Below are positions 1-10,816 of a stretch of 64,000 bases of DNA, in pieces; position 1 is the stretch's first letter; each line of letters opens with the position of its first letter. This stretch comes from Minisyncoccota bacterium (GTDB lineage Bacteria > Patescibacteriota > Minisyncoccia > Phycocordibacterales > CSBR16-193). The notes under the pieces are model-generated. The model worked only from the letters and a program-made list of their open reading frames with translations. It was not told where the DNA came from and searched no databases. Position numbers and translations under genes: made by a program. Location of the stretch: the NCBI GenBank assembly GCA_040905715.1, contig JBBDRA010000003.1:330679-394678 (forward strand). The letters are read 5' to 3'.

Positions 1-1873
1 CTCGGGCTAGCTCAGTCTTTCCGACACCGGTCGGCCCGAGGAACATGAACGATCCGATCGGCTTTGCGGTAGCCTTCAGTCCGGCTCGGGACCGCCGAAC
101 AGCCTTTGCCACCCGTTCCACCGCTTCCTTCTGACCAACAACTCGCTTAGCCAGCTCGTCTTCCAGGTGTGATAGCTTGTCTGCCTCAGTTTCAAGCATT
201 CGAGTAGACGGGATGCCGGTCCATCTCGATACAACGCGGGCAATATCTTCTTCGGTCACTTCCTCGCGAAGAACGCGCTGGCCCTTCGGAATATCAGCTA
301 GTGCGCTTTGTGCCTCCTTAACCTTCTTTTCGAGCTGAGGTATTTCGCTGTACTGTATTTCGGCTACACGTTCGTAATTACCGGCGCGCTCTTCGCGCTC
401 TTGCTCCGCCTTTAATTCGTCTATTTTTGCAGAAACCTCACGTGTATTCTCAATCATGTCTTTCTCTCGTTTCCATTCAGCTTGTTTAGCGTTAAACGAT
501 TCATTTAGATCTGCCAGGTCCTTCGATACTTGCTCGAGACGGTCTTTGCTTTGTTTGTCTTTCTCTTTTTTAAGAGCCTCGCGTTCGATCTCGAGTTGCG
601 TTATGCGTCGTTTGAGCTGGTCAAGCTCTGTCGGCATGCTTTCCACTTCCATTTTAAGGGTAGAGGTTGCTTCATCTATGAGGTCAACCGCTTTATCCGG
701 AAGAAATCGGGAAGGGATGTAGCGGGCAGAAAGCTTTGCTGCGGCAACCAGTGCAGGGTCGGTAATATGAACCCCGTGATGTACTTCGTACTTTTCTTTA
801 AGTCCGCGCAGGATCGCCACGGTATTTTCTATGGTTGGTTCATCAACAAAGACAGGTTGGTAGCGGCGTTCCAGTGCTTGGTCTTTCTCGATGTGCTCGC
901 GATACTCGCTTAGCGTGGTGGCGCCGATCATGTGTAGCGTGCCACGAGCGAGCATCGGTTTGATCATGTTTGCAGCGTCGACTGCGCCTTCAGCTGAACC
1001 GGCGCCGACGATCGTGTGTAGCTCGTCAATAAAGAGAATGATCTTACCTTCTGCTTTCTCTACTTCCTCGAGTACCGAGCGCATACGCTCTTCAAACTCA
1101 CCGCGGTATTTTGCACCGGCTAAAAGTGAGCCGATCTGCAAGCTCATTACTTTTTTATTCTTGATAGAATCAGGCACGTCGCCGGAGACGATCCGTTGAG
1201 CTAGCCCCTCAACGATGGCGGTTTTACCAACACCCGGGTCACCGATTAGCACCGGGTTATTTTTGGTACGGCGGGCGAGTACCTGCATGACGCGTCGAAT
1301 CTCTTCGTCTCGACCGATGACCGGATCCAACTTTCCGCTATCGGCAAGCGCGGTTAGATCCTGACCGTACTGTTCCAGGACATTGTATTTGCTTTCCGGG
1401 TTTTGATCTTTGATGTTCATAGAGCCACGTACGTTTTCTAGCTTGCTAATAATGGTTTCATACGTAATGCCTGTCTCTTCAAGCAGTTTCTTAGCAGGCG
1501 TATCTGTACTAAGTATGGCGAGTAGGGCGTGTTCGGTCGAGACATACGAATCGTTGAGGCCGGTCATCTCCTTCTGTGCCTGCTCAAGAATAGTTGCAGT
1601 ATCGCGGGAGAGTCGCGGTTGCTCCACCTGCTTGAGTACGGGAAGTTTTTCGACCTCGTTTGTAACCTGCTTGTGAAGTGTTTCAGGGGAGCCACCGGCT
1701 TCTCGAATGAGTGGTGAGAAGATGGTGTCACCGTGCTCTGCTCCTTGCTGAAGCAGAGCATTAAGTAAATGCACTGCCTCGATCTGCGGGTTGCCGTGAG
1801 CTGTGGCGAGCTCAATAGCGCTTTGGAGCGCTTCTTGTGTTCGCTGGGTGTACTGTTCCGGATTGATAGTCAT
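1..1873 (-). CDS. clpB: ClpB disaggregase chaperone, partial. The N-terminus is in the window; the C-terminus runs off the left edge.
   Basis: Minus-strand translation from the ATG at 1873 gives [41 protein letters not shown]. The NBD1 Walker A is [16 protein letters not shown] long coiled-coil middle domain follows. The NBD2 Walker [12 protein letters not shown], lies at nt 1-40. About 400 aa separate the two Walker A motifs, which fits ClpB rather than ClpC. It is absent from the ORF track because no stop codon falls inside the window. Confidence 0.9.
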   Translation of the reverse strand, partial: MTINPEQYTQRTQEALQSAIELATAHGNPQIEAVHLLNALLQQGAEHGDTIFSPLIREAGGSPETLHKQVTNEVEKLPVLKQVEQPRLSRDTATILEQAQKEMTGLNDSYVSTEHALLAILSTDTPAKKLLEETGITYETIISKLENVRGSMNIKDQNPESKYNVLEQYGQDLTALADSGKLDPVIGRDEEIRRVMQVLARRTKNNPVLIGDPGVGKTAIVEGLAQRIVSGDVPDSIKNKKVMSLQIGSLLAGAKYRGEFEERMRSVLEEVEKAEGKIILFIDELHTIVGAGSAEGAVDAANMIKPMLARGTLHMIGATTLSEYREHIEKDQALERRYQPVFVDEPTIENTVAILRGLKEKYEVHHGVHITDPALVAAAKLSARYIPSRFLPDKAVDLIDEATSTLKMEVESMPTELDQLKRRITQLEIEREALKKEKDKQSKDRLEQVSKDLADLNESFNAKQAEWKREKDMIENTREVSAKIDELKAEQEREERAGNYERVAEIQYSEIPQLEKKVKEAQSALADIPKGQRVLREEVTEEDIARVVSRWTGIPSTRMLETEADKLSHLEDELAKRVVGQKEAVERVAKAVRRSRAGLKATAKPIGSFMFLGPTGVGKTELAR

Positions 1874-1904
1874 ACTATTATAGACATAAAGTATTATACC
1901 ACAC

Positions 1905-2255
1905 TTGTCAACATTGCCGAGATATAATATGCTCAATCCATCGTTGTTGTTCGTTCTTATAAAACAGATCTCGAAAGGGTGCGAGATGCCACGCAAGATC
2001 AAACAATGGTTCGTCGAACCGATCGGCAGTCACGGCAATTCCTTGATCGCGAACCTTCTGGGAGACGATCGAACTCGTGAGGACATCGTTGGCCCTCGTG
2101 GGTACCGACCAAAGCTTTACGAGTGCACACGCGAGGAGGTTACATCCATCACCCAGTCGGACATCTATGTCCGCGTCTGGAAACAGTACTCAAACGATCA
2201 GTTGGTCCGAGACACAGGCCTAAGCAGGGAGCCCAAAGACACCGCTGATGTTTGA
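1905..2255 (+). CDS. hypothetical protein
   Basis: 116-aa ORF with no recognisable motifs. The start codon is uncertain. Confidence 0.3.
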   Translation: MSTLPRYNMLNPSLLFVLIKQISKGCEMPRKIKQWFVEPIGSHGNSLIANLLGDDRTREDIVGPRGYRPKLYECTREEVTSITQSDIYVRVWKQYSNDQLVRDTGLSREPKDTADV

Positions 2256-2345
2256 CCTGTATATAATGGTCACTCTTCGCTATACCGCCCGGTTTTATGC
2301 CGTGCGGTTTTTTCTTAGGTTATTATAGTTTACAATAGATAGTAT

Positions 2346-2732
2346 ATGAATGAATTCGAAACAATTTCACGAGATGAGTTAAAAGAGAAGATCGATCACG
2401 AGAGTGACTTTGTACTTATCGATGTTCTTGGCGAGCACTCGTTTGAGCGAGCGCACATACCGGGAGCGATCTCAATAGATGCCCATGATGATAATTTTAT
2501 TTCTGAGATCGAAGCAAAGGTCCCTAACAAGGAAAGTGAATTAGTTATCTACTGTGCAAGTTTTGCCTGTGGTCTGAGTACCGATGTCGCCCGTAAACTG
2601 ATCGAGGCGGGGTACCATGCTGTCGTTGATTTTGAAGGAGGTTTGCGAGACTGGGCACGCGGGGGTTACCTGTTTGAGGGATCAGATGCAGAAGAAGTTG
2701 CTGAGCAATTATCAAAAGATTCAGATCAATAA
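2346..2732 (+). CDS. rhodanese-domain sulfurtransferase
   Basis: Single rhodanese fold with the active-site loop CASFACG and the usual surrounding pattern (VLIDVL...HIPGAI). Confidence 0.8.
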   Translation: MNEFETISRDELKEKIDHESDFVLIDVLGEHSFERAHIPGAISIDAHDDNFISEIEAKVPNKESELVIYCASFACGLSTDVARKLIEAGYHAVVDFEGGLRDWARGGYLFEGSDAEEVAEQLSKDSDQ

Positions 2733-2744
2733 AACACGCTCTAT

Positions 2745-3452
2745 ATGAATGAACATCCTACGTTTTCTCTTGTATGGGTTGTAGTAACAGTGCTTGTGGC
2801 AATTGGCTTAGGGGTTCTTGTGCTTGCCATGATCGTTTTTTCTGGTGATGATCAAATGTCTCCTGTTGATGACGTAGTGGATGAGGGTGTTGACACGAGC
2901 GATTGGCAGACATACACAAGTGACGAGTATGATTTTTCTATCTCGCATCCGTCAGATTGGACGGTTGCCTCGCACGCCCCTACCGACGACAACATTTCTG
3001 AGACCGGTATGATATCGCCTGCGATCAATATATTCCCTGAGGATGCCGATGTATCAGCACCGTTTGATCATCACAATGAAGTGGCTAATGTCTCAGTGTT
3101 TCCCAGCGGAGTTCCAACTGAAGGGGTGGCCGGAGAACAAGAGCAGTCAGGTATGTTGTTTAATACACAGCCTGCCGAGGCCTTTGATTATGTGCTTGAT
3201 GATGGAACGTCATGGGCAACACTCGTTCGGTTTGAAGATGTGCCGGAGAGCTGGGAGCCGTACGGATTTATCTGGGCGCGAGCCGATATCGCTGATCTAG
3301 AAGTAGAGTGTATTTCAGATGGGGAGGTTGTTTCAAGCGAGCAGTGTGATCCGCTTACCGGGGACCGGGTTATTCGATCGGGGTCAGTTGATAATGACCA
3401 GCGAGAGATACAGGAAGAGATCATCAAAAGCTTTGAATTTCATCGGGAGTAG
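2745..3452 (+). CDS. hypothetical membrane-anchored or secreted protein
   Basis: An N-terminal hydrophobic helix (LVWVVVTVLVAIGLGVLVLAMIV) is followed by an acidic extracytoplasmic domain. Confidence 0.55.
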   Translation: MNEHPTFSLVWVVVTVLVAIGLGVLVLAMIVFSGDDQMSPVDDVVDEGVDTSDWQTYTSDEYDFSISHPSDWTVASHAPTDDNISETGMISPAINIFPEDADVSAPFDHHNEVANVSVFPSGVPTEGVAGEQEQSGMLFNTQPAEAFDYVLDDGTSWATLVRFEDVPESWEPYGFIWARADIADLEVECISDGEVVSSEQCDPLTGDRVIRSGSVDNDQREIQEEIIKSFEFHRE

Positions 3453-3507
3453 GTGAAGCTAGTAAACGTTTTACTTTTTTAGAGTAAATGTTGTATACTG
3501 TCGCAGT

Positions 3508-3873
3508 ATGAATGAACAGGAAAATGATCATATAACGCAAGCGCAGCAAGATATGTCCGGGCGATCGTATGAGTCGATTGAACCTGAACCTCAAGCCGGT
3601 CAAAATCCTGCTGGTCAAGATTCACTCGCAGAAAGACCGCGAAAAGGGTTTCTGGAACGATATCGCGCGGGTCGTGTCTTTGGTAGCTTTGTATATGTTT
3701 ACTTTGCGCTGTTCGTCGTTTTCCACGTTGCAGTAGCGCTTGTTTTCCTGATGACCAGCATGAACCCGATGGTTGGTCTTGTTCTTTGGATTATTATGAT
3801 GCTTCTCGGCGGTTTCTCTGTAGTCGCGCTGAGCCTTTGGCGCGATCACTTACGAACATTTTGGGACCGCTAA
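3508..3873 (+). CDS. hypothetical small membrane protein
   Basis: Two predicted TM helices in the C-terminal half. Confidence 0.5.
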   Translation: MNEQENDHITQAQQDMSGRSYESIEPEPQAGQNPAGQDSLAERPRKGFLERYRAGRVFGSFVYVYFALFVVFHVAVALVFLMTSMNPMVGLVLWIIMMLLGGFSVVALSLWRDHLRTFWDR

Positions 3874-3906
3874 GAATAGATAACATAAAATATAATATAA
3901 ATACTA

Positions 3907-4481
3907 TGCAGAATCAGTCACAAAAACAGCAGATCATTATCGCCGTGGTGATGCTGCTCATCGGTTTTTTGATCGGAGTACTCATTACTGCCGGTTGGTA
4001 TCAAGGAAACGATGGTACATCGAATGATATTGATACAACCGATGACACTGAGCAGGTAATGGAAGATGATACTGACGATACGAGCGGTGAAGAAGACAAC
4101 GATCTACCTGATCGATCCTCACTAAATAACAACAGTTCATCGAACACGTCTGGATCAGAGGATGTATCCGTATCCGCGAATGATCAGAGTGCCGGCAATG
4201 AAGTGGTTGTATCAAATGTAGAGGTTGATAGAACAACATGGGTAGCTGTTCGCGAGGGCGTGAACGGTTCCATGGGTAACGTGCTTGGTGCTAAGCGCGT
4301 TGAGCAAGGTTCTCACTCAGATCTCACTATACGATTGCTACGAGGGACTGAGGCAGGTGGAACCTACTTTGTAACACTCTATGAAGACAACGGAGATGGT
4401 GAGTTTAGTCACATCAGCGATTCGTTAGTAGAGGTAGATGGCTCAACAGTGTTTTCAACGTTTGAAGCATCAGCAGAGTAG
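3907..4481 (+). CDS. hypothetical membrane-anchored protein with an acidic low-complexity linker
   Basis: The track ORF starts at 3786 and overlaps the upstream gene. The internal ATG at 3907 (MQNQSQKQQIIIAVVMLLIGFLIGVLI) gives an N-terminal TM helix, then a D/E/T/S-rich linker and a C-terminal globular domain. Confidence 0.5.
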
Positions 4482-4615
4482 TACTGGATGTACGGCACAT
4501 GCCTCCTGTTTGTTTGCGCAGACAGGAGGCATTGTTGTTTTCCGGTTTATCCGTTACCCCATAATTTCATATGGTGTGGAGTGGCGGTAGAATGATCAGT
4601 AACGTATAAACAATT

Positions 4616-5146
4616 ATGAAGATCACGATCTGCGGACTAGCCGGTACAGGAACGAGCACAACCGGAAAAAAACTTGCGAGCGTGCTTGAGTATGAATTTA
4701 TCTCAAGCGGCGGCATTTTTCGTGCGAAGGCTGCTGAATACGGAATGGATCTCCATGAGTTTGAGGATCTCTGTCGTAGCGACGAAAAGTACGACCGTGC
4801 TGTAGATGATGAAATAGCAACAATAGGGAAGAGTAAAGATGATATTGTGGTTGAGAGTCGACTTGCGTGGTATTTTATTCCGGACTCATTCAAAGTGCTG
4901 CTCGTGTGTGATCGTCACACACGAGTTTCCCGGGTTGCCGGACGGGACAAGATCTCACGCAGCGAAGCTGATCAAAAAACTGCACATCGGGAAGATTCTA
5001 TTCGGGCTCGGTTTCGTGATTATTACGGTATTGAACAATTTGACGATGAAGCCAACTTTGACCTGGTTCTGGATACGACAAAAGTGAGCGTATCAAGTAC
5101 GGTGGATTCTATTGCGAAGAAGCTTTCAGAGTTACATTCCACATAG
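4616..5146 (+). CDS. cmk: cytidylate kinase, short archaeal-type form
   Basis: P-loop ITICGLAGTGTSTTGKKLA at the N-terminus. The 176-aa length matches the short CMP-kinase family found in archaea and CPR. Confidence 0.8.
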   Translation: MKITICGLAGTGTSTTGKKLASVLEYEFISSGGIFRAKAAEYGMDLHEFEDLCRSDEKYDRAVDDEIATIGKSKDDIVVESRLAWYFIPDSFKVLLVCDRHTRVSRVAGRDKISRSEADQKTAHREDSIRARFRDYYGIEQFDDEANFDLVLDTTKVSVSSTVDSIAKKLSELHST

Positions 5147-5197
5147 TCGTCAACACCCTTGTGAGGTATCAATGCTATAATTAGCGTAGCACTTTTC

Positions 5198-6454
5198 GTG
5201 TTGCTGTTTAAAGTTACAGACGCTCCTGTGCACAACCAAATGGAACAATTTCTACCATTCTTTCTTATATTGCTTGCCGGCGTTTTTTTCTCGGAAGTAT
5301 TTCGTCGCTTTAATTTGCCGTGGGTAATCGCACTCTTGCTCGCCGGAGTTGTTATCGGTCCTCATGCGGCGGGTTTCATAGAGTTGGACGAAACCCTGAG
5401 TTTTATCGGTCAGATCGGCCTTGTATTCCTGATGTTCATGGCCGGTATCGAGACAAAAATAACGCCGGTACGAGGAATGCGGACTCGGGTTATATTTTTC
5501 AGTCTTGTAAACTCGTTTATTCCATTCGTAGTAGGTGTGGGACTCACTGTCTTTCTGGGTTTTAGTATTCAGGCAGCGCTTTTGGTCGGCATCATCTTCA
5601 TTTCCTCGTCACTGTCAGTGGTTGTTCCGACCCTCACTCAAGTAGGGCTTATTAATAATCGGATGGGGCACCTTATTGTACCTTCGGCGGTACTTCAGGA
5701 TGTTCTTTCTTTGGCTGTTCTTTCGATCGTTTTTCAGGCTGTTGATCCAATCTCCAGCCTGCCGCTACCGCTGTTCTATCTCATCTTATTTAGCTCACTG
5801 TTCTTACTCCGCTGGGTTGTACCGAAGATAGAAACACTCATGACCCAACGATATGTTGATAAGGCCGATATATTTCAGCAACAGTTGCGCATGGTGCTTA
5901 CGCTGATGATCGGCACGGTTATTATCTTTGAGCTATTGGGGCTTCATCCGATCATAGCCGGTTTCTTCGCCGGCCTGATACTCTCAGATACAATTAAAGG
6001 TGATTACTTCAAGGAGAAGCTTCGGGCGGTTAGCTACGGAGTGTTCATCCCTGTTTTTTTTGTTATTACCGGCGCCCGCACGGACGTATCAGTATTTTTT
6101 GAGGCCGGGCGAGCACTCGCCTTAACAGCGTTGATCGTGACAGGTTCGATCATTGCAAAGTTCGGTAGCGGCTGGCTTGCTGCCCGAGCCATAGGAGAGA
6201 AGGGTATTGATGCAACCTTGGTCGCGAGTGCCACCATTCCACAACTCACCACAACCCTGGCCGTGATAACCATAGGCATCGAACTCGGCCTGCTTACTCC
6301 GTCGCTTGTGACCGGTCTTATTACCTTGAGTATTGTAACCACTATCGTGAGTCCGCTGTTGCTGAACGCCCTTGCCGCGGAGCGAAGTAAATTGTGGGAG
6401 CAGTATCTTGCCAAGACCCAGGATCCGGATCAGATCGCAGAACCTACGGTATAG
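5198..6454 (+). CDS. cation:proton antiporter, CPA2 (Na+/H+ exchanger) family
   Basis: Polytopic protein of about 12 TM helices, matching the Na_H_Exchanger pattern (LLAGVVIGPHAAGFIE...GLVFLMFMAGIETK). The true start may be the internal Met at about 5240. Confidence 0.8.
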   Translation: MLLFKVTDAPVHNQMEQFLPFFLILLAGVFFSEVFRRFNLPWVIALLLAGVVIGPHAAGFIELDETLSFIGQIGLVFLMFMAGIETKITPVRGMRTRVIFFSLVNSFIPFVVGVGLTVFLGFSIQAALLVGIIFISSSLSVVVPTLTQVGLINNRMGHLIVPSAVLQDVLSLAVLSIVFQAVDPISSLPLPLFYLILFSSLFLLRWVVPKIETLMTQRYVDKADIFQQQLRMVLTLMIGTVIIFELLGLHPIIAGFFAGLILSDTIKGDYFKEKLRAVSYGVFIPVFFVITGARTDVSVFFEAGRALALTALIVTGSIIAKFGSGWLAARAIGEKGIDATLVASATIPQLTTTLAVITIGIELGLLTPSLVTGLITLSIVTTIVSPLLLNALAAERSKLWEQYLAKTQDPDQIAEPTV

Positions 6455-6549
6455 AAGCTATTCAGTGTTCTCAGGGTTTGTCTGCCGTGATAGTATGCAC
6501 ATATCGCCCAGAAAAGTAACTACAAAGATATCTAATAAAGAATACAAGT

Positions 6550-7626
6550 ATGGATAGACTTAATCAGTATGTGATCGAAACGCTTCAAACCCATTCATTG
6601 TGGGGTAATACGGGGAATGAGTATGTAATAGCTTTTGTGGTATTCTTTCTTTTCTTCGCCATCTTTCGGATGTTTCATCACGCTGTTCTCTGGCGCCTGG
6701 AAATACTGTGCAGCCGAACCTGTACCGATCTCGACGATCTTTTGGTCAAACTGTTGCAAAGTGTGACCGGCTGGTTCTATACGATAGCAGCTGCTTTCAT
6801 CGCCCTGCTTTTTTTGACCGTATCACCTCTGGTCTGGGATATTGCGACCGTAATATTTGTAGTGGCAATTGTTTATCAGGTCGTTCGAGCAGCCGGTATC
6901 GTAGTTGAATTTGTTGTTTCAAAACAGCTTGGAACAAGCGACGGGCAGGCTCATTCGATGATATCGTTACTCAGTAAGGTTGTAAAAACGATACTCTGGG
7001 CTCTCGGTGGACTATTTATACTTTCGAATTTCGGCGTGGACATTACAGCTCTCATTACCGGGCTCGGTGTCGGTGGTATCGCTATAGCGCTTGCGTTACA
7101 AAATATCCTGGGTGACCTTTTTAGTTCGTTTTCGATCTACTTTGATAAACCGTTTGAGGTAGGTGACTTCATTGCGGTAGGAGATAAGCTAGGAACAGTC
7201 GAGAACATCGGTATCAAGACAACTCGCTTGAGATCACTGCAAGGAGAGGAGATAATTCTATCGAACCGCGAACTTACAAATGCTCAGATCCACAATTATC
7301 GCGGCATGAAAGAGTGGCGTGGCGAGATACCGATCGGTGTCACCTATGCTACTGCCCCGGAGGATCTTGACCAGGTGAAGAAGCTTATAACCTCGATCAT
7401 TAACGAGCGATCAGGAGCACGGCTTGATCGGGTCAACGCTGTTACATTCGGTGAATCAGCAATTGATTTTGAAGTCGTCTTTTACTCTGAAACAGATGTG
7501 TTTGCTGATCATCTGGCGACGCAACACTCACTTATCACTGAGATCAAGCGCCAATTTGAGGAAAAGGGTATTGAGATCGCGTTTCCAACTCGAACGGTTC
7601 ACCTGGTAAATCAGCCCGCCTCGTAG
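6550..7626 (+). CDS. mscS: small-conductance mechanosensitive channel, MscS family
   Basis: N-terminal TM helices followed by the MscS beta domain (GDFIAVGDKLGTVENIGIKTTRLRSLQGEEIILSN). Confidence 0.85.
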   Translation: MDRLNQYVIETLQTHSLWGNTGNEYVIAFVVFFLFFAIFRMFHHAVLWRLEILCSRTCTDLDDLLVKLLQSVTGWFYTIAAAFIALLFLTVSPLVWDIATVIFVVAIVYQVVRAAGIVVEFVVSKQLGTSDGQAHSMISLLSKVVKTILWALGGLFILSNFGVDITALITGLGVGGIAIALALQNILGDLFSSFSIYFDKPFEVGDFIAVGDKLGTVENIGIKTTRLRSLQGEEIILSNRELTNAQIHNYRGMKEWRGEIPIGVTYATAPEDLDQVKKLITSIINERSGARLDRVNAVTFGESAIDFEVVFYSETDVFADHLATQHSLITEIKRQFEEKGIEIAFPTRTVHLVNQPAS

Positions 7627-7645
7627 AAGAAGTAGGCAGTTCAAT

Positions 7646-8200
7646 ATGCAGGGTCTTGAACAGGTGATACAGGTCTTGTCCATGGGCGGGGTATGTGTTG
7701 TTCCTACCGATACTGTTTACGGGATCACTGCTTGTGCGCGTAACAAAGACGCAGTTGAGCGGGTCTATCACTGTAAGAGGCGTAGTTCGACAAAACCTTG
7801 TATAGTGTTAATTGACAAGCTTGAACAGCTTGCCGGGTTTGGGGTAATACTTAACTCATATCAACGAGGTGTATGTGACACAATGTGGCCGGGTCCGGTG
7901 ACGCTTGTCCTATCTGTTTTGAGAGAAGGTGAAACACTGGATTGGCTTCATCGAGGCTCGCTCTCGATCGGATTCCGGTTGACCGCTGATCCTGTTATTC
8001 AAAGTATCGTTGCCGAAGTTAGGCCAATCATTGCTCCAAGCGCCAATCCGCAGGGCTCGCCTCCGGCCACTACGGCAGAAGATGCAAGGAGATACTTTGG
8101 CAATAGCGTTGACTATTATGTTGACGGTGGCGTATGTGATACAAAACCATCTACGGTAATCTCGCTTGAGAGTGCTTCGTGTACTGTATTGCGAGAATAG
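7646..8200 (+). CDS. tsaC: L-threonylcarbamoyladenylate synthase, TsaC/YrdC/Sua5 family
   Basis: YrdC fold motifs VVPTDTVYGI and KPCIVLI. The 184-aa length is the single-domain form. Confidence 0.8.
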   Translation: MQGLEQVIQVLSMGGVCVVPTDTVYGITACARNKDAVERVYHCKRRSSTKPCIVLIDKLEQLAGFGVILNSYQRGVCDTMWPGPVTLVLSVLREGETLDWLHRGSLSIGFRLTADPVIQSIVAEVRPIIAPSANPQGSPPATTAEDARRYFGNSVDYYVDGGVCDTKPSTVISLESASCTVLRE

Positions 8201-8251
8201 TGTACCCGAAGAAATATAAACGTATTTATAAAAGAATAATCAAAAATCATA

Positions 8252-8982
8252 TGAGACAAATAGGAGTTGTACTGTTTATAATCGCGCTACTTGTTGTTAT
8301 AGGAGGTCTTATTTACTGGTCGGTAAGCTCAACGCCGGCTTCGCAAGACGCGCAGATCGTTTCTTTTGAGGTCGAAGAGTCTGATCTCGTTGTTGAAACC
8401 CGCGGAGACGTGGCGTCAGTATCGATCTATGGTGTTGTAAATGATACAAACGCAACAGGTACCGCCACGACAAGTGAGGACATACTTATCGGTGAAGCAA
8501 CACAGACAGAGACAGAGACTGCCGAAGGAGTCACTCAGTGGCGCTTGCAGATACCATCAGCACCACTGCCACTGATGGCTGTGTATGCTCAAGCGTACGG
8601 AGAGGATGGTGAGGAGTTGGACCGCGAATCTCTATCCCAAACCGGACCAAGCGAGATCCGTAATGAGCTTTGGGGAGGTGTCGGTCAAACAAATCTTACG
8701 CTCAGTGTAGGAGAGACCGGTTCAGTTGGTGAAGCTGAGCTTACGCTCGAGGAAATAGTAGATGACGCCCGGCCCGAGGGCGGGCTTACTGCTCGAGTGA
8801 CACTTGCACCGGAGGATGAAGAGGCGCAAGAGGTAACACTCTCTACTGATGATGAGCAGGAAACAGTTGGGATGTATATCTTGCAGATCCTTGAGGTGTC
8901 ACCTGAAATGTCAGATGGAACTAAGATAAGTGAAGAGGACTACGAGATTCGATTCCTGGTCTTTAGAGAAGCAAAGCTCTAA
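8252..8982 (+). CDS. hypothetical membrane-anchored acidic protein
   Basis: The internal start MRQIGVVLFIIALLVVIGGLIYW gives a signal-anchor helix followed by a T/E/D-rich domain. The track start at 8179 overlaps the end of tsaC. Confidence 0.5.
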
Positions 8983-9003
8983 TTTTACTTGCATCATAGC
9001 TTT

Positions 9004-9038
9004 TAAAAACATGCCACGTGGATAGTGGCATGTTTTAT
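9004..9038. terminator. bidirectional intrinsic terminator
   Basis: Perfect 12-bp stem (aaaacatgccac / gtggcatgtttt) flanked by A-runs and T-runs. Confidence 0.7.
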
Positions 9039-9104
9039 GTCAGTAACCGTTGACAAATCAAATGGTGGGAGTAGCATTAATTTTGGAATTCGTGTTCATG
9101 GATT

Positions 9105-9587
9105 GTGCTTATGGACAAGCACAGCCGGCCCGGCGGTTTCCGGGATGTACATCTTATGAGGGCATGTCATATGACATCCACCAGCACTTCTGTTAGCGGG
9201 ACGGTTGCTCAAGGCCGGGATGACGATGTGTTCGAGGATGAAGCAATTCATTCTCTTACCAGGATTCCCGCCCCGGGCGACGTCCTTGGGAGGGTTCCTT
9301 TCAAGGAGCTAGAACGAGAGGGGGTCTGGGAGGCGGTTTTGCCGGTTTTCTCGAAGAAAGGGAGCCGCAAGCGCAAGAACGAATTCGTGGTCTTTCGCAC
9401 GATTCACACGCCACCGCGACATCTTCGGAAAGGCGAGGTCGAGCCGATGGATCTGCGTATTCTTCGGCGCGAGGAGTCAGTATCTCGCCGCAAGTGGTGG
9501 GAAGAAGACGAGGACGAGGGCAACGAGTTGGCTCTCTGCCATAACTTCATTGTGGAACTCGCTCCGTCGCCGGCCTCTCACGACTAA
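9105..9587 (+). CDS. hypothetical protein in a GC-rich orphan ORF (could instead be a noncoding locus)
   Basis: 160-aa ORF with GC visibly higher than its flanks. No SD precedes it and no motif was recognised. Intrinsic terminators sit on both sides. Confidence 0.3.
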   Translation: MLMDKHSRPGGFRDVHLMRACHMTSTSTSVSGTVAQGRDDDVFEDEAIHSLTRIPAPGDVLGRVPFKELEREGVWEAVLPVFSKKGSRKRKNEFVVFRTIHTPPRHLRKGEVEPMDLRILRREESVSRRKWWEEDEDEGNELALCHNFIVELAPSPASHD

Positions 9588-9621
9588 CAATTGATCTCTG
9601 CAGAAGAGGGTCAGAAAATAA

Positions 9622-9659
9622 ACCGCACCAGCAACCCTGGTGCGGTCTTTTTTTATTTT
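9622..9659 (+). terminator. intrinsic terminator
   Basis: Hairpin accgcacca-gcaaccc-tggtgcggt followed by a T-run of more than 9. Confidence 0.75.
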
Positions 9660-9698
9660 GGCGTACTTCTCTAGTAGAGATGTTATTGAAGATAGCAC

Positions 9699-10028
9699 TT
9701 AAAGCCCGTCGATCTTGGTTGCTAGTATAAAGTCGTTCTCGGAGAGTCCGCCGATAGAGTGCGTGGAGAGGGTAATAGTTACGTTCTTATAATCGTGGAT
9801 CAAGATATCCGGATGATGTCCTTCCTTTTCAGCGATCTCGCCAATGGCATTAACAAGTGTCAGAGCATCGGAAAAGTCACTGCGGGTAACGGTCTTGGTG
9901 ATAGCTGTTGCTTCACCATTCAGCTGCCATCCGGAAACACACGATAGTTGTTGCTCAGCTGCTTGTCGTGAAAGAGGGGGTACATCACCTTCGCACGGCA
10001 CGCAGTGTTTGTTGGTGAGATCGTTCAT
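9699..10028 (-). CDS. phhB: pterin-4a-carbinolamine dehydratase (PCD/DCoH)
   Basis: Contains the family signature E-x-x-x-HHP-x-(5-6)-Y-x-x-(9-10)-H. Confidence 0.8.
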   Translation of the reverse strand: MNDLTNKHCVPCEGDVPPLSRQAAEQQLSCVSGWQLNGEATAITKTVTRSDFSDALTLVNAIGEIAEKEGHHPDILIHDYKNVTITLSTHSIGGLSENDFILATKIDGL

Positions 10029-10039
10029 AGTGATAGTGC

Positions 10040-10816
10040 TTAGGCGTCTATCTCGGATCCTCGCTCGAGAGGATTGTTTTTGATGGTCTCAATTATTTGG
10101 TCCATATCATCAGTGATCGTGACAATATTCATATCCTCGGGGCTGATCGTTTTTCTTTCAAGAAGATTCTCTCGAATAAATTTATCGAGGTTTTCCCAGT
10201 AGCCGTGATCAACCAAGAAAATAGGAACTTGCTTGATCTTCTTGGTCTGAATAAGGGTTATGAGTTCAAAAAGCTCATCCATAGTGCCGAATCCGCCGGG
10301 GAAGAAGACATATGCTTCTGCTGAGAAGGCCAGTAATACTTTGCGTACAAAAAAGTAGTGAAAATCAACAGATTCTTTTACGTACGGGTTTGTGGATTGT
10401 TCCTTGGGTAGCTGGATGGTCAAACCAAGAGATGTGCCATCTGCGTCACAGGCACCACGGTTTGCCGCTTCCATGATGCCGGGTCCTCCGCCGGTGACGA
10501 TAGAATAATCGAGTTCTGTAACTATTCGAGTCGCTAGCTCTTGTGCACTTAGATAGTCCGGGGCGGTCTCATCGGTGCGAGCAGAGCCAAAGAACGAGAC
10601 CGATCGTTTCTTCTGTTGCTGCAAAAAACGAAAACCGCGAATGAATTCGTCGAGTATTAAGGAGAGTCGATGCTGTTCGTCTGGCGCTATGTTCTCAAAA
10701 AGAAGCGATGTGAAACTAAGTTTTTCTTGATCTGTCGCAGTCTCACCAAGTGTGGTGTCCACTCCTGGTTCAATTGTATTTTTTGTTGCGTTAGGCTCTT
10801 GGTTCGTATCGGACAT
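10040..10816 (-). CDS. LOG family protein (cytokinin riboside 5'-monophosphate phosphoribohydrolase-like) with a roughly 70-aa N-terminal extension
   Basis: LOG motifs GGGPGIMEAANRGA and PGGFGTMDELFE. Confidence 0.8.
   Translation of the reverse strand: MSDTNQEPNATKNTIEPGVDTTLGETATDQEKLSFTSLLFENIAPDEQHRLSLILDEFIRGFRFLQQQKKRSVSFFGSARTDETAPDYLSAQELATRIVTELDYSIVTGGGPGIMEAANRGACDADGTSLGLTIQLPKEQSTNPYVKESVDFHYFFVRKVLLAFSAEAYVFFPGGFGTMDELFELITLIQTKKIKQVPIFLVDHGYWENLDKFIRENLLERKTISPEDMNIVTITDDMDQIIETIKNNPLERGSEIDA

Noticed and set aside
456-1199. Plus-strand ORFs of 88-127 aa (456..722, 530..913, 891..1199, 1410..1676)
   Set aside because: They are antisense to the clearly identified clpB gene, and their products are low-complexity Ser/Arg/Leu-rich. 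They are shadow ORFs.
2256-2345. Possible terminator accgcccggttttatgccgtgcggtttttt
   Set aside because: The stem is only about 5 bp with mismatches. It is too weak to call.
9105-9620. tmRNA or RNase P RNA hypothesis for the GC-rich terminator-boxed segment
   Set aside because: No tRNA-like T-arm or CCA acceptor end, no GGAAAGUCCGG P4 motif, and no plausible resume codon with a tag ending in a stop. It is kept only as a low-confidence ORF.
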